Shown in pieces: positions 51,044 to 61,386 of a stretch of DNA of 64,000 nt (the stretch's first letter is position 1; each line of letters begins with the position of its first letter). Made by a program: the position numbers and the translations under genes. The notes under the pieces were generated by a model. The model worked only from the letters and a program-made list of their open reading frames with translations. It had not been told where the DNA came from and did not search any database. The stretch comes from Alphaproteobacteria bacterium (lineage in GTDB: Bacteria > Pseudomonadota > Alphaproteobacteria > CADEGL01): NCBI GenBank assembly GCA_026400755.1, contig JAPLOM010000026.1:928-64927 (forward strand). The letters run 5' to 3'.

Positions 51044-51155
51044 CGGCGCGCGTGAAGAGCCGTTCGAATAAGGCTGAAAAATAAGGATTAAAAATATAGT
51101 AGGTAACAATATTATATATCTACTATTTTCGCTGGCAGCGAAATAAAATGGCTAA

Positions 51156-51797
51156 ATGGCCGAGCGAACGATCGAAATTGCAAGGACCGCGCTCGAGGCC
51201 GCCTGGGCGCGGGCGCGGGACAATCCCTCCGCCGAAACCGGGGTGGCCTATGCCGATGCCCATGCCGCCTGGACCGACCTTGCCCGCCGCCGCGTGGGCC
51301 GCCCGGCCAGCAGCGACGGGGCGGCGCTGACCGGGCCGGAGCGGGCCCAGGCCCTGCGCGGACGCCAACAGGATTCGGCCGGCAAATGGACAAGGGTGGC
51401 GCCTGTCATCCAGAGCCTGCGCGGCGCGGTTCGGGCCGGCGATCTGAACGCCGTCTCCGCCGCCGTCCGCGCCTTGGTCAACGAGACTTCCGTGACCCTA
51501 GACCGGATCACCGTGATCCACGCCCACCCCAGCTCCGACCAGACCGTCCTGGAGGGGTGGGACGGCGATCGGCCCGTCCTGGGGTTTGTCGCGCTCGCGA
51601 CGCTGGCCGGCTATTTCGGACGCGCGGACCTCACCCCAGCCCAAGCCAACCTGCTTGTCGGCCAAGACTTGGCGCCCTTCGCGCGGGCGATGGAGGCAAG
51701 GCTGGAGCGAGGGGATTATCGCCCCTATGCCCGGGGCGGCGTCACCGTGCCGTGCATAGACATCCTGCTCAGTGATTTCGACAGAGGACCGCGCTAA
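51156..51797 (+). CDS. hypothetical protein (213 aa), no recognisable domain
   Basis: GC3-rich ORF immediately after an AT-rich hairpin-containing segment; lies between that segment and the Rep-like gene. Confidence 0.45.
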   Translation: MAERTIEIARTALEAAWARARDNPSAETGVAYADAHAAWTDLARRRVGRPASSDGAALTGPERAQALRGRQQDSAGKWTRVAPVIQSLRGAVRAGDLNAVSAAVRALVNETSVTLDRITVIHAHPSSDQTVLEGWDGDRPVLGFVALATLAGYFGRADLTPAQANLLVGQDLAPFARAMEARLERGDYRPYARGGVTVPCIDILLSDFDRGPR

Positions 51798-52441
51798 GTC
51801 CGCAGACTGGTATGAGTTGGATTTGGAAAAGCCCGGAATTTTCTCGGCGTAGATTGAATTTTTCCTTCGTCCTGAAGGCGTCGGCGAACGCTTGGCCCAA
51901 GCGATTTGCTTGTACCCGCGCGCTTCCCGAGAACAATTCCTTGCGGCTCATGCCGAATGCGGAAAAATCGCGCGTATACCGGATCAATTCCCTTGATCAA
52001 GTATTTGGCTAGGCCCTGCGGCCTGGGCACGTCCCGAACATGAACTGCGCTGTTGCAAGTGACCGTAGGCACAACCGCGGCCAGCCATTTCGGAAGAAGC
52101 GCTCGAAACGAAGCGATACGTTCATCCGGAATATGAACAACCCAGTGGACATGAGGGTACTCACCTCGGCTCTCAATGCTCCACACGTAGGCAGGTGGGG
52201 TACGGAGGCCAGTGGCTTTGCGTCGTAGCCACGGGACAAAGTGATTGTCGCGGAGGAGTTCAAACTGCTCACTGACGAGGCCCGATGGGCACGTCGTATG
52301 GCCAAAGTTCAAAGTGACGAATTGATTCAGAGGAAGCCCAATTGCGTCGGCCACGCTGACGGCCCTGACTATATTGGAGGCCGGCTTGCGGTTGATGAAG
52401 CTGCTGCGACGCCTACTAGATCGTGTTTCTGTATCGACCAT
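51794..52441 (-). CDS. rolling-circle replication initiator-like protein (HUH endonuclease motifs)
   Basis: Motif I FVTLNF, motif II HVHWVVH (HUH), motif III AKYLIKG (YxxK) in canonical order and spacing; gene GC ~52% versus ~68% background. Confidence 0.5.
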   Translation of the reverse strand: MVDTETRSSRRRSSFINRKPASNIVRAVSVADAIGLPLNQFVTLNFGHTTCPSGLVSEQFELLRDNHFVPWLRRKATGLRTPPAYVWSIESRGEYPHVHWVVHIPDERIASFRALLPKWLAAVVPTVTCNSAVHVRDVPRPQGLAKYLIKGIDPVYARFFRIRHEPQGIVLGKRAGTSKSLGPSVRRRLQDEGKIQSTPRKFRAFPNPTHTSLRT

Positions 52442-52526
52442 CTATACTCTTAGGGTGTCTGACCCCTCCTCCGCCGCGCTTCCCCCCCCCCGTGATTTTC
52501 TGATCGCCGACGCGGTTGGCCCCGCT

Positions 52527-53378
52527 TCACGCACCCAGCGGTCTTGAGCCCTTGATCGTGACCCGCATCATCTGGCGGTCCTGCACGCCATAGTCGTTAG
52601 CTGCGTAGTGAATCGTGCAGCGATTGTCCCAGAAGGCCACATCGCCCTCGGTCCAGCGCCAGCGGACCTGGAAATTCGCCTGCTCGCAGTGGTCGCACAG
52701 CATGTTGATCAGGTGCCGGCTCTCGATCTCCGATACACCGAGGACGCGCGCCGCGTAGGCGCGGCTGACGAACAACGCGCGCCGGCCGGTCTCCGGATGG
52801 CGGATGACCATCGGATGCACGCAGCCCGGCTTCTCGACCTTCATTTTCTTGAGACGTTCCGGCCCGTCCTTCGTGGCCGGATCCAGAAGGAAGGGCGTGA
52901 AGGTGGGCACGCCGTCGTGCAGCACCTGAAGCCCTTCGATCATCGCCTTCATGCGCTCGGATAGGCTTTCGTAAGCCGCGTACATGGAAACCCAGAGCGT
53001 GTCGCCGCCGATCTGCGGCAGCATCATCGGGTGAAGCAAGGAACCCAGCGGCGGCGTCTCATCGAACGAAACGTCCGAGTGCCAGATTTCGTTTTAGTTT
53101 TTGCCACCCTTGCTCGCGCGCGCAGTGACCAGCATCACCTTCGTGTTGTCGGGGTGCTTATCAAGGCCGCTGTGGGGCGAATCGATCTCGCCGAACTTCT
53201 CCGCCAAGGCAGCGAAGGCGTCCGCGCTCAGCTTCTGCCCGGGGAAGAAGACGACCTGGTGCTCCAGGAACGCCTTGCGGATGGACGTCACCTCGAACGG
53301 GCTGACGTTGTTCAGGTTGATGCCGGAGATTTCAGCGCCCAGATAGCCGGTCAATCGCCGAACCGTCATCGCGTTCAT
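52527..53378 (-). pseudogene. TauD/TfdA-family alpha-ketoglutarate-dependent dioxygenase interrupted by an in-frame TAA
   Basis: Two collinear in-frame ORFs (53378..53097 and 53039..52527) separated by TAA at 53094-53096. Read-through gives a contiguous TauD-like sequence (...SKGGKN*NEIWHSDVSFDETPPLGSLLHP...). Confidence 0.65.
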
Positions 53379-53404
53379 GGCGTCACCTCCATCGTTCTAC
53401 GAGA

Positions 53405-54860
53405 TTAGGCGTCGGGCTTGACCCCGTGCAGCCGGTCGATGTGGGCCAGGTAATCGCGCACTTCCTTGTCCTGGCGCGTCTGGTCCCAGCCCAGGATCGG
53501 CGCCACCTCTTGCGCCGCGCGGCGGGCGACTTCGCGGCCCATGGTCTGCGTCCAGCCCGCACCGACCCGGCGGAACATCAGATCCACGAGCGTCATGGGC
53601 TGCTCGTTCTCCGCCGCCCTGTGCAGGTGGGAGATGCGCGCGTCCGGCCAGTGGTTGAGGAGGGCCGGCGAATCGTCCTTCGGATACGGCTTGGCCGCGT
53701 AGGAGATCTGCTGCGGCGCGCCGGACGGCTTGAACTTCTTCTGCACGGCGGTCGCCAGCTGCACGCCCGCCAAACGATGCGACTGGATGGGCGAGGAGGT
53801 CATGGCATACATGCCGGGCAGGCCGTCGGCCTCCAGATCGTGCAGCGTGTGGCCGCGCTTGCCCATGGGCAGGTCGGGGTCGTAGGTCAGTGGGCGCACG
53901 CCGGCCCAGGAGAACAGCACGTCCTTGCGCGTGAGGCCGAGGCCGGGAAGCAGCGCATTGGTTTCGTGGATCAGGTGCTCCTTCTCCTCCTCCGTCGCGC
54001 TGATGTCGTCGATATCGCCCTCGTACTTCGTGTCCGTGGGGCCCGTGTAGTGCATGCCGCGCCAGGGGATGACGTAGTGCGGCTCGCGGTCGGACGTGTG
54101 GGCGATGACGCCCATGTTTTCGCACTCGGGCGGCAGGCGGAACATGATGTGGGACGTTGGGATCGAAGGCGTCGGCCAGATCGATGCGCCAATCGTCGCC
54201 CTCGCGGACCATTTTGGTCGCGGGCGTGTAGTTGCGCGCGACCGCCCCCATGCGCTCGGCGTCGAGCAGCGTGTCCATGGCGATACGCTCGGGCCACTCG
54301 TAGCGATACTCCCGGTAGCTGAACACGGACGTCAGCTTCTCCGGATCGCGCAGCCATTTGAGCAACGGCATCTGCAGCGCTTCCTTGGCGGGGATGCGCT
54401 TGGGATCGAGCGGCACGTCGCCGGGGCCCAGCGCCGCCAGAAGCTTCATGCCCAAAGTGACCTGCCAGGGCTTGTAGATGCTGTCGGTATAGACCGGGAA
54501 GCAGAAGGAAAAGGCGCGCACCCGCTCGGGCATCGTGGTGCTGATCTGACTGCGCACGTTCATGGCGTCGCGCGCGCGGCCCAGGTTGCGGATCGTGTCC
54601 TTGGGCTTGGTGAAATAGTCGAACATGCTGGGCTTGCGGTAGCCCAGGCCCTCGCCCGGCTCGATGAAGCGCAGGCCGCAATGAAGCAGGCGGCTGGAAC
54701 GGCTGGACGAACCGGCGGCGAAGTCGCCCTTGTCCACCACCAGCACCTTGTAGCCCGCGGCGGCCAGATGATGCGCGCCGCTGGACCCGTTCACGCCCGC
54801 GCCCACGACGATCGCGTCGAACTTGCGCCCGTCGAGTTCCTTCAGAGCCATCCGTTTCAT
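53405..54860 (-). pseudogene. GlpD-like FAD-dependent oxidoreductase, disrupted paralog (internal ~130-bp deletion plus frameshift)
   Basis: N-terminal 270 aa and C-terminal 245 aa are each collinear with the intact paralog at 55928..57499 but lie in different frames. The ~45 residues KAKIVLNMAGTWIDRVNKLAGEGAKRKICGTKGVHFAVK of the paralog are missing at the junction near 54140-54150. Confidence 0.6.
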
Positions 54861-54982
54861 CGATTTTCCCCCAACCCCTGTCTTTCGGCGAGAACAACCT
54901 TCTCGCCATTCTATTTGACGGACCATCTAAACGGCCCACATTCTGGCCGTCCAATAATCTAACAAATGCGAGTCATAACCAA

Positions 54983-55921
54983 ATGGGTATGGCCAGCCTG
55001 CGCCGGCGCCATATGCTGGTTTTCCAGACCGTGATGCGGTCCCGGTCGGTCACCGAGGCCGCGCAGCAATTGGGCATTTCCCAACCCGCCACGTCCCGCG
55101 CGCTGTTCGAGCTGGAGGAGCAGGTCGGCTTTCCCCTCTTCAACCGCTCCAGCGGACGTACCACCCCGACCGTCGAGGCGCAGAACCTTCTGCCGGAGAT
55201 CGACGAGCTGCTTCTCCACCAGGACCTGGTCGAGGGGCGTATCAAGGCCGTCCGCGCGCGCAACGAAGGAACCCTGACCATCGCGGCACCGCCGGGCCTG
55301 GTGACGTCTTTTCTGTCCCGCGCCGTGGCGCGCTAAGCGCAACGAAAGCCGAAAGTGAGCATCCGGCTCGAGTCGCACTCCATTACCCGGATCGCCGAAT
55401 CGGTCATCCGCCACGAGGTGGATTTCGGATTCGTCTATTCGCCCACCGATCTTTCGAAGGTCCGCTCGATTCCCATCTGCCGTTCGGAGATCGTCTGCGT
55501 GTTCCCGCCAGATCACCGGCTTGCGCAGAAACGCGTCGTCACGGCGGATGACTTGGTCGGCGAGCGGATTGTAACGCTCACTGTCAACGCGATGACGGGC
55601 ATGCTGATCCGCGAAGCCCTGCGCCCCGAGCAGATGGACGCCATCATCGAATCCAACCTGTCGCTGACGGCGCTGACCATGGTGTCCGAAGGCGGAGTCG
55701 TAGGGTTGGTGGATTCGGCATCTCTCGAAGGCCCATTCAGCGGGCTGGAGATACGGCGCTTCAAACCCAGCATCGACTTCCGCATCTTCGCGATCGGCTC
55801 GCGCTACCGCCCCCCGTCGCGAACGGCCAATGACTTCTTCACCGACCTGAACAAAGTCTTGAAGGAGCTGGCGCGCGCCGTGCCGTCGGTCCATCTGACG
55901 GGAGCGGCCCTGCGGTTCTAG
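54983..55921 (+). pseudogene. LysR-family regulator interrupted by an in-frame TAA
   Basis: HTH half (54983..55333) and substrate-binding half (55355..55921) are in the same frame, separated by TAA at 55334-55336 (...SRAVAR*AQRKPKVSIRLESH...); divergent from the disrupted oxidoreductase. Confidence 0.6.
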
Positions 55922-55927
55922 AGCGCG

Positions 55928-57499
55928 TTACTGCTTCGCGTCCGAATGGATCAGCCCATCTGGCCCGCGCAGATGCTGGTGCGCGATATAGGCCACGTAA
56001 TCCTTGGCTTCCTTGTCGGCCCGCGCCTCGTCCCAACCCATCTCGGGCGCGATCGCACGCGCGGCTTTCAGCGCCGCTTCGCCCGCCATCGTCTTGGTCC
56101 AATGCGCGCCCACGCGGCGGATCGCATCGACCAGCGTCGCCGGATACTCGGTTGCGGCGACATGCTTCAGGTCCGCAACCTTGGCGTCGGTCCAATGGTC
56201 GAGCAGCGGCGGCGAGTTCTGGTTCTCCGGAAACTTGCGCGCGGAATAGTCGATCTTCTGCGCCGAACCCGACGGCTGGATTTTCCCTTGCACAGCCGCG
56301 CACATCTCTTGGCCCGCCGAACGGTGAGTCATGATCGGCCCCGCCGTCATGGCCAGAACACCGGGCATGCCTTCGGACGCCAAATCGTGCACCAGGCGGT
56401 CGCGCGAGCCCTTCGGATAGCGCGAGTCGTAAGTCAAAGGCCGCACGCCGGCCCATGAAAACAGAATGTCCGAGCGCTTCAGGTTGATCGAGGGGAACAG
56501 GTGGTTGGCCTCGGCCAACAGCCAGTCGATCTCGTTGTCCGTCGCGCGGATGTCGTCGATGTCGCCTTCGAACAACGTCTCGGTCGGGCCGAAGTAGTGC
56601 AGGTCGCGCCAAGGGAAACAGTAGAGATGCTCGCCCTCGCGGTGATGGCCCATGACGCCGCGATACTGGCATTCGGGCGGCAGCTTGACGGCGAAGTGAA
56701 CGCCCTTGGTGCCGCAGATCTTCCGCTTGGCTCCTTCGCCGGCCAGCTTGTTGACGCGGTCGATCCAGGTACCCGCCATGTTGAGCACGATTTTGGCTTT
56801 CACCGTCGCTTCTGCGCCCGGCTGCAGCGAATCGCGCATGGTGACCTGCCAGCCATCGCCGTCGCGGCGCATGCCGGCGACCGGCGTGTAGTTGCGCACG
56901 ACAGCGCCCATGCGCTCGGCGTCCAGCACCGTGTCCATGGCCACGCGCTCGGGCCAATCAAAGTGGTATTCGCGGAACGTGGCCGCGCCCAGCATCTTGT
57001 CCTGGTCGCGCATCCAGGACAGGAGCGGCATCGTCTTGATCTCGCTCGGGCGAGCGATCTTGAAATCGATCGGCACGTCGCCCGGCCCCAGGAGCTCCAG
57101 CGTCTTGAACGCCAGCTTCACCTGCCAGGGCTTGTAGTAGTCGGTGTTGTAGATCGGGAAGGCGAAGTGGAGTTGGCGCAGATGCTCGGACGTCGTGTTG
57201 ATGAACTGGCTGCGCGTCTTCATGGCCTGGCGCGCCATCTTGAGCGAGGCGAACAAGAGATCGGGCTTGGCCATGAACTGCCACATGGACATGCCGCGAT
57301 CGAGATAGCGGATGCCGCAGGAAAGCATGCGGCTGGAGCGGCTGGAGGCGCCGGTGCAGAAATCATTCTTCTCGACCAAAAGAACGGAGTAGCCGGCCGC
57401 GGCCAGATGCTGGGCCGACGAAATGCCGTTGAGACCAGCGCCGACGACAGCCACGTCGAACTGCTTGCCGTCGAGCGCCCCGAGCGATTGGCGTGCCAT
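55928..57499 (-). CDS. GlpD-like FAD-dependent oxidoreductase (intact paralog)
   Basis: DVAVVGAGLNGISSAQHLAAAGYSVLLVEK FAD motif; 523 aa from ATG 57499 with GGAGGG RBS. The ORF track opens far upstream within antisense Arg/Pro-rich junk. Confidence 0.8.
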   Translation of the reverse strand: MARQSLGALDGKQFDVAVVGAGLNGISSAQHLAAAGYSVLLVEKNDFCTGASSRSSRMLSCGIRYLDRGMSMWQFMAKPDLLFASLKMARQAMKTRSQFINTTSEHLRQLHFAFPIYNTDYYKPWQVKLAFKTLELLGPGDVPIDFKIARPSEIKTMPLLSWMRDQDKMLGAATFREYHFDWPERVAMDTVLDAERMGAVVRNYTPVAGMRRDGDGWQVTMRDSLQPGAEATVKAKIVLNMAGTWIDRVNKLAGEGAKRKICGTKGVHFAVKLPPECQYRGVMGHHREGEHLYCFPWRDLHYFGPTETLFEGDIDDIRATDNEIDWLLAEANHLFPSINLKRSDILFSWAGVRPLTYDSRYPKGSRDRLVHDLASEGMPGVLAMTAGPIMTHRSAGQEMCAAVQGKIQPSGSAQKIDYSARKFPENQNSPPLLDHWTDAKVADLKHVAATEYPATLVDAIRRVGAHWTKTMAGEAALKAARAIAPEMGWDEARADKEAKDYVAYIAHQHLRGPDGLIHSDAKQ

Positions 57500-57636
57500 G
57501 AAACCCTCCCCCGTGCTTGGCAAAGTCCGAAGAGCATATCGGCCGCGCATCCGGGATGCCATGCGCGGGCCTGAATAGCGATTGCTCTGCGATAGCCAGG
57601 GACGGCATCCTCCCCGGCCGGAGCGAAGGAGAGGCG

Positions 57637-58761
57637 ATGGACGGGGAGGATTCCACGATCCCACGGGACGTGGACGTGGCCGTGGTCGGCGGCGGGGTGG
57701 TCGGCATGTCGGCCGCGCTGTTCCTGGCCCGGGCGGGGCGCTCGGTCGCCGTCTTCGACCGCACCGAACCGTGGAGCGATGCCTCGGGCTCGAACGCCGG
57801 CACCCTGTCGATCCAGGCCATGCGCGTCGAGGTGCTGGCCATGGCGCGGCTGGGCATCGCGCTGTGGCGCCGGTTCCAGGAAGAAGACGGCATGGATGTC
57901 GGCTTCGCGCGGCTGGGCGGCTTCCTGGTCGCGACCGGCGACACCCATATCGCCCATCTGCGCGATTATGCCGCCCAGCAGGCGCTGTCGGGACTGGAAC
58001 TGGAGTGGCTCGAAGCCAACCGGATGCGCGACCGCGCGCCATGGCTGGGACGCGCGGTGCGCGCCGCCACCTTCTGCGAGGAGGATTCTCACGCCAGCCC
58101 CCTGCTGGCTGGCAACGCCGTGATCGCCGCTGCGCGGCGCGCGGGCGCCCATGTGCTGTCACAGACGCCGGTCGAATCCATCGCGCGCGAGGGCGCGGGC
58201 TATGCGGTGACCACGCGCTTCGGCGTCACGCGCTGCCGCGCCGTGGTGGTGACAGCGGGGCCATGGTCAGGTGAGATCGCGCGCATGCTGGGCGTCGCTT
58301 TACCGCTTTACGTCGACACCAACATGCTGACCATCACCGAGCCGGGACCGAAGGTGTTCGACCGCGTGGTCAGCCACGTGGCCGGCATTCTGACCCTCAA
58401 GCAATACGAGAACGGCACCTGCATGATCGGCGGCGGCTGGCAGGGGCGCGGCGTGTTCACAACCGGCCAGCGCAAGACCGATTACGACCGGCTGCGGCAG
58501 AACTGGGCGACCGCCACGTCCGTGGTGCCGGGCTTGGCGAATTTGCGCGCGGTGCGAAGCTGGGCCGGGTTCCAGGCCGTGACGCCGGACGCCCTGCCCG
58601 TGATCGGCCGCCTGCCCGGCCACGAGCAGGCCTATATCGCGGCGGGCGCGCGCGGCGGCTTCCACATGGGGCCGGCGCAAGCCCTGGCCCTGTCCGAGAT
58701 GATCCAGGGCCGCGCGCCACCTTTGGACCTGACGCGCTTCGATCCTGGCCGCTTCGCATGA
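57637..58761 (+). CDS. FAD-dependent oxidoreductase (DAO / sarcosine oxidase beta-like)
   Basis: DVAVVGGGVVGMSAALFLARAG motif; GGAGAGG RBS before ATG 57637. Confidence 0.8.
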   Translation: MDGEDSTIPRDVDVAVVGGGVVGMSAALFLARAGRSVAVFDRTEPWSDASGSNAGTLSIQAMRVEVLAMARLGIALWRRFQEEDGMDVGFARLGGFLVATGDTHIAHLRDYAAQQALSGLELEWLEANRMRDRAPWLGRAVRAATFCEEDSHASPLLAGNAVIAAARRAGAHVLSQTPVESIAREGAGYAVTTRFGVTRCRAVVVTAGPWSGEIARMLGVALPLYVDTNMLTITEPGPKVFDRVVSHVAGILTLKQYENGTCMIGGGWQGRGVFTTGQRKTDYDRLRQNWATATSVVPGLANLRAVRSWAGFQAVTPDALPVIGRLPGHEQAYIAAGARGGFHMGPAQALALSEMIQGRAPPLDLTRFDPGRFA

Positions 58762-58815
58762 GGCTCGACCGCGCCGCCTGGTTCCGCTTCACTGGCGGCA
58801 TCGACGGGGGACGGA

Positions 58816-59229
58816 ATGAACGATGAAGATCAGATTCTGCAAGCCAACGAGGCGTTCTACCGGGCGTTCTCGGCACGCGACATGACGGCCATGGACGCGG
58901 TGTGGGCCAAGCGCGCGCCCGTGGCCTGCATCCATCCGGGCTGGGGTGCCTTGGTCACGCGCGAATCCGTGATGACCAGCTGGCAGGGCATCCTGTCCAG
59001 CCAGAACGCGCCGAACGTGACCTGCCGGGGGCCGCGCGCCTTCGTCTCGGGCGACGCGGCCTTCGTGATCTGCTTCGAGATGGTCGAGGGCGGCTATCTG
59101 ATCGCGACCAATATCTTCACGCGCGAGGACGGTGCCTGGCGCATGACCCACCACCAGGCCGGCCCCACCAACGACGCGCCGCCGGAAGAAAAACCGGCGC
59201 CCGCCAAAACTTCTAAGACGATCCACTGA
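58816..59229 (+). CDS. SnoaL-like / NTF2-fold protein (DUF4440-like)
   Basis: 137 aa, NTF2-like motif (ANEAFYRAFSARDMTAMDAVWA). Confidence 0.65.
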   Translation: MNDEDQILQANEAFYRAFSARDMTAMDAVWAKRAPVACIHPGWGALVTRESVMTSWQGILSSQNAPNVTCRGPRAFVSGDAAFVICFEMVEGGYLIATNIFTREDGAWRMTHHQAGPTNDAPPEEKPAPAKTSKTIH

Positions 59230-59240
59230 CGGAGAGCACG

Positions 59241-60185
59241 ATGATCGAGCGGCGGAAGATCAAGCGCATCGCGCTGGTCGGCACGGGCACCATCGGCGGG
59301 TCGTTCTGCGCGCATTTCCTCGCGCATGGCTATCAGGTGACGGCGACCGACCCCGCGCCGGACGGCGAGGCCAAACTGCGCGCCTTCGTTGCGCGCGTCT
59401 GGCCGCAACTGCGCGAGATCGGTGCGACCAAACTGGACGCGCCACCGCCCTTCGATTTCGCGCGCGATGTGGGGAGTTGCGTGAAAGATGCAGACTTCGT
59501 GCAGGAGAACGCGCCCGAGATCGAGGCGCTGAAGATCAAGGTGCTAGCCGAGATCGACGCCGCGTTCCCCAAGGAGCGGGTGATCGCCTCCAGCACCTCG
59601 GCATTGGTGATGACGCGGCTGGCCGTCGAATGCGCGCATCCTGAACGGTGCATCCTAGCGCACCCATTCAACCCTCCGCATCTGGTGCCGCTGATGGAAC
59701 TGGCCGGCGGCGAGCGCACCGACCCCGCGGCGATCGACTTGGCCCATGATTTCTATTTGGAAGCCGGGCTGAAGCCGGTGCGGATGAAGCGCGAGATCTA
59801 CGGCCACATCGCCAACCGCCTGCAATACGTGATCTGGAACGAGGCCGTGCAGATGGTGCTGCAGGGCTATTGCACCGCCGCCGACGTGGACGCCGCCATC
59901 ACGGAAGGGCCAGGACGGCGCTGGGCCTTCATCGGGCCGTTCCTGTCCTACATGCTGGCGGGCGGCGAAGGCGGGCTGAAGCGCACCTTCGAAATCTTCG
60001 GCCCGCGCGACACGATGGCGGTCGACCGCGCCTCGCGCATCCGCCTGACGCCAGAGCAGCAGAAAATCCTGATCGATCAGGTCGAGGAAATGCTGAATGG
60101 CCGCACGCCCGCCGACATGGCCCGTGCGCGCGACGCGCGGTTGGTCGAGCTGGCCAAAATCAAGAACGCGTTCGAGAAAGGCTGA
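59241..60185 (+). CDS. 3-hydroxyacyl-CoA dehydrogenase-family NAD-dependent dehydrogenase (L-carnitine dehydrogenase-like)
   Basis: N-terminal GTGTIGGSF Rossmann motif, HPFNPPHLVPLMELAGG; ~315 aa, the length typical of carnitine dehydrogenases without the thioesterase extension. Confidence 0.75.
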   Translation: MIERRKIKRIALVGTGTIGGSFCAHFLAHGYQVTATDPAPDGEAKLRAFVARVWPQLREIGATKLDAPPPFDFARDVGSCVKDADFVQENAPEIEALKIKVLAEIDAAFPKERVIASSTSALVMTRLAVECAHPERCILAHPFNPPHLVPLMELAGGERTDPAAIDLAHDFYLEAGLKPVRMKREIYGHIANRLQYVIWNEAVQMVLQGYCTAADVDAAITEGPGRRWAFIGPFLSYMLAGGEGGLKRTFEIFGPRDTMAVDRASRIRLTPEQQKILIDQVEEMLNGRTPADMARARDARLVELAKIKNAFEKG

Positions 60186-60344
60186 GACGGTGGGTTGGCT
60201 TGCTGGCTGGCTTACGAAAGCTGACTTGCTGGCTGACCCGATTCCGTGTGCGCAGGCGGTACCAGTCCCTGCCCTTCCTTACCTTTCACAAGGCGTGCCA
60301 GACGGAGGCGCCTTTATGTAAATCCGGCAGAAACTCGCGGGTAT

Positions 60345-61340
60345 TTATTCCCCCTTACCCGGCCCCACCTGTAAAGCGCGCGCGAAAATAGCCGGATCGA
60401 CGTTGCCGCCCGAACAGATCACCGCCACGGTCTTGCCGCGCACGTCGAGCTTGCCTGCCAGCAACGCAGCCAGAGCCGCCGCGCCGCCCGGTTCGACGAC
60501 CAGTTTCAAATCCAGGAAAGCGCGCTTCATCGCGGCCAGAACGTCCGGGTCGGAGACGGTAAGCATGCCGTCGACCAGCTTGCGGTTGATCGCGAACGTC
60601 ATGGCAGCGGGGGTGGACACCGTCAGCGCATCGCAGATCGTGGCCGCATCCGCGCCGTTAACGACACGCTGCCCTGCGGAGATGGAGCGCGCGGTGTCGT
60701 CGAAGCCCGCGGGCTCCACGCCATAGACGGCGACCTTCGGCAACAGCGCCTTCGCCGCCATCGCGCAACCGGCGGTCAATCCCCCGCCGCCGCACGGCAC
60801 GACGAGGATATCGGGCACCGCGCCCATGTCCCGGGCCTGCGCGGCCAGCTCCAGCGCCACGGTTCCCTGGCCCGCGATCACATGCGCGTCGTCGCAGGGC
60901 GTCACCGGCGTCAGTCCGCGCTCGGCCGCGAGGCGTGCCGTCACCTCTTCCCAATTTTCGTTCCGGCGGTCGCAGAACAGGACCTCGCCACCCAGCACCC
61001 CGGTGTTGGCGACCTTGATGGCGGCGGCATCCGAATACATGACGATGAGCGATTTCGTACCGACCAGGGTTGCCGCCGCAGCCACGCCTTGCGCATGGTT
61101 GCCCGACGAATAGGCGACAACGCCGCGCGCCCGCTCCTCCGCACTCAACCGTCCGATGCGGTTATAGGCGCCGCGAAACTTGAACGACCCCGTTCGCTGC
61201 AGCACCTCGGCCTTCACGAGCAAGCGGCAGCCGAGCGCTGCACCCATGGCGTGGGCTTCGAGAAGCGGCGTATGGACCGCAACGCCTTTCAAGTATCGGG
61301 CCGCGTCCTGGATGTCGGCAAAGCCCGGCGCGCTGGTCAC
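60345..61340 (-). CDS. PLP-dependent threonine/serine dehydratase-family enzyme
   Basis: SFKFRGA PLP-lysine motif, GGGGL glycine loop. Confidence 0.8.
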   Translation of the reverse strand: MTSAPGFADIQDAARYLKGVAVHTPLLEAHAMGAALGCRLLVKAEVLQRTGSFKFRGAYNRIGRLSAEERARGVVAYSSGNHAQGVAAAATLVGTKSLIVMYSDAAAIKVANTGVLGGEVLFCDRRNENWEEVTARLAAERGLTPVTPCDDAHVIAGQGTVALELAAQARDMGAVPDILVVPCGGGGLTAGCAMAAKALLPKVAVYGVEPAGFDDTARSISAGQRVVNGADAATICDALTVSTPAAMTFAINRKLVDGMLTVSDPDVLAAMKRAFLDLKLVVEPGGAAALAALLAGKLDVRGKTVAVICSGGNVDPAIFARALQVGPGKGE

Positions 61341-61386
61341 GGGGATTTCCTCGAATAGGGTATGTCGCCGAAGACGGCTCCGGGTC

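Noticed and set aside
55928-58162. 744-aa ORF track entry for the GlpD-like gene
   Set aside because: The first ~220 codons are Arg/Pro-rich antisense junk overlapping the divergent DAO-like gene. The real start is ATG 57499 with a GGAGGG RBS and N-terminal FAD motif
60186-60344. Direct repeats CTTGCTGGCTG(G/A)C in a convergent intergenic region
   Set aside because: Only two short copies and no inverted symmetry or associated gene; probably a fortuitous or minor structural element rather than a regulatory array or CRISPR
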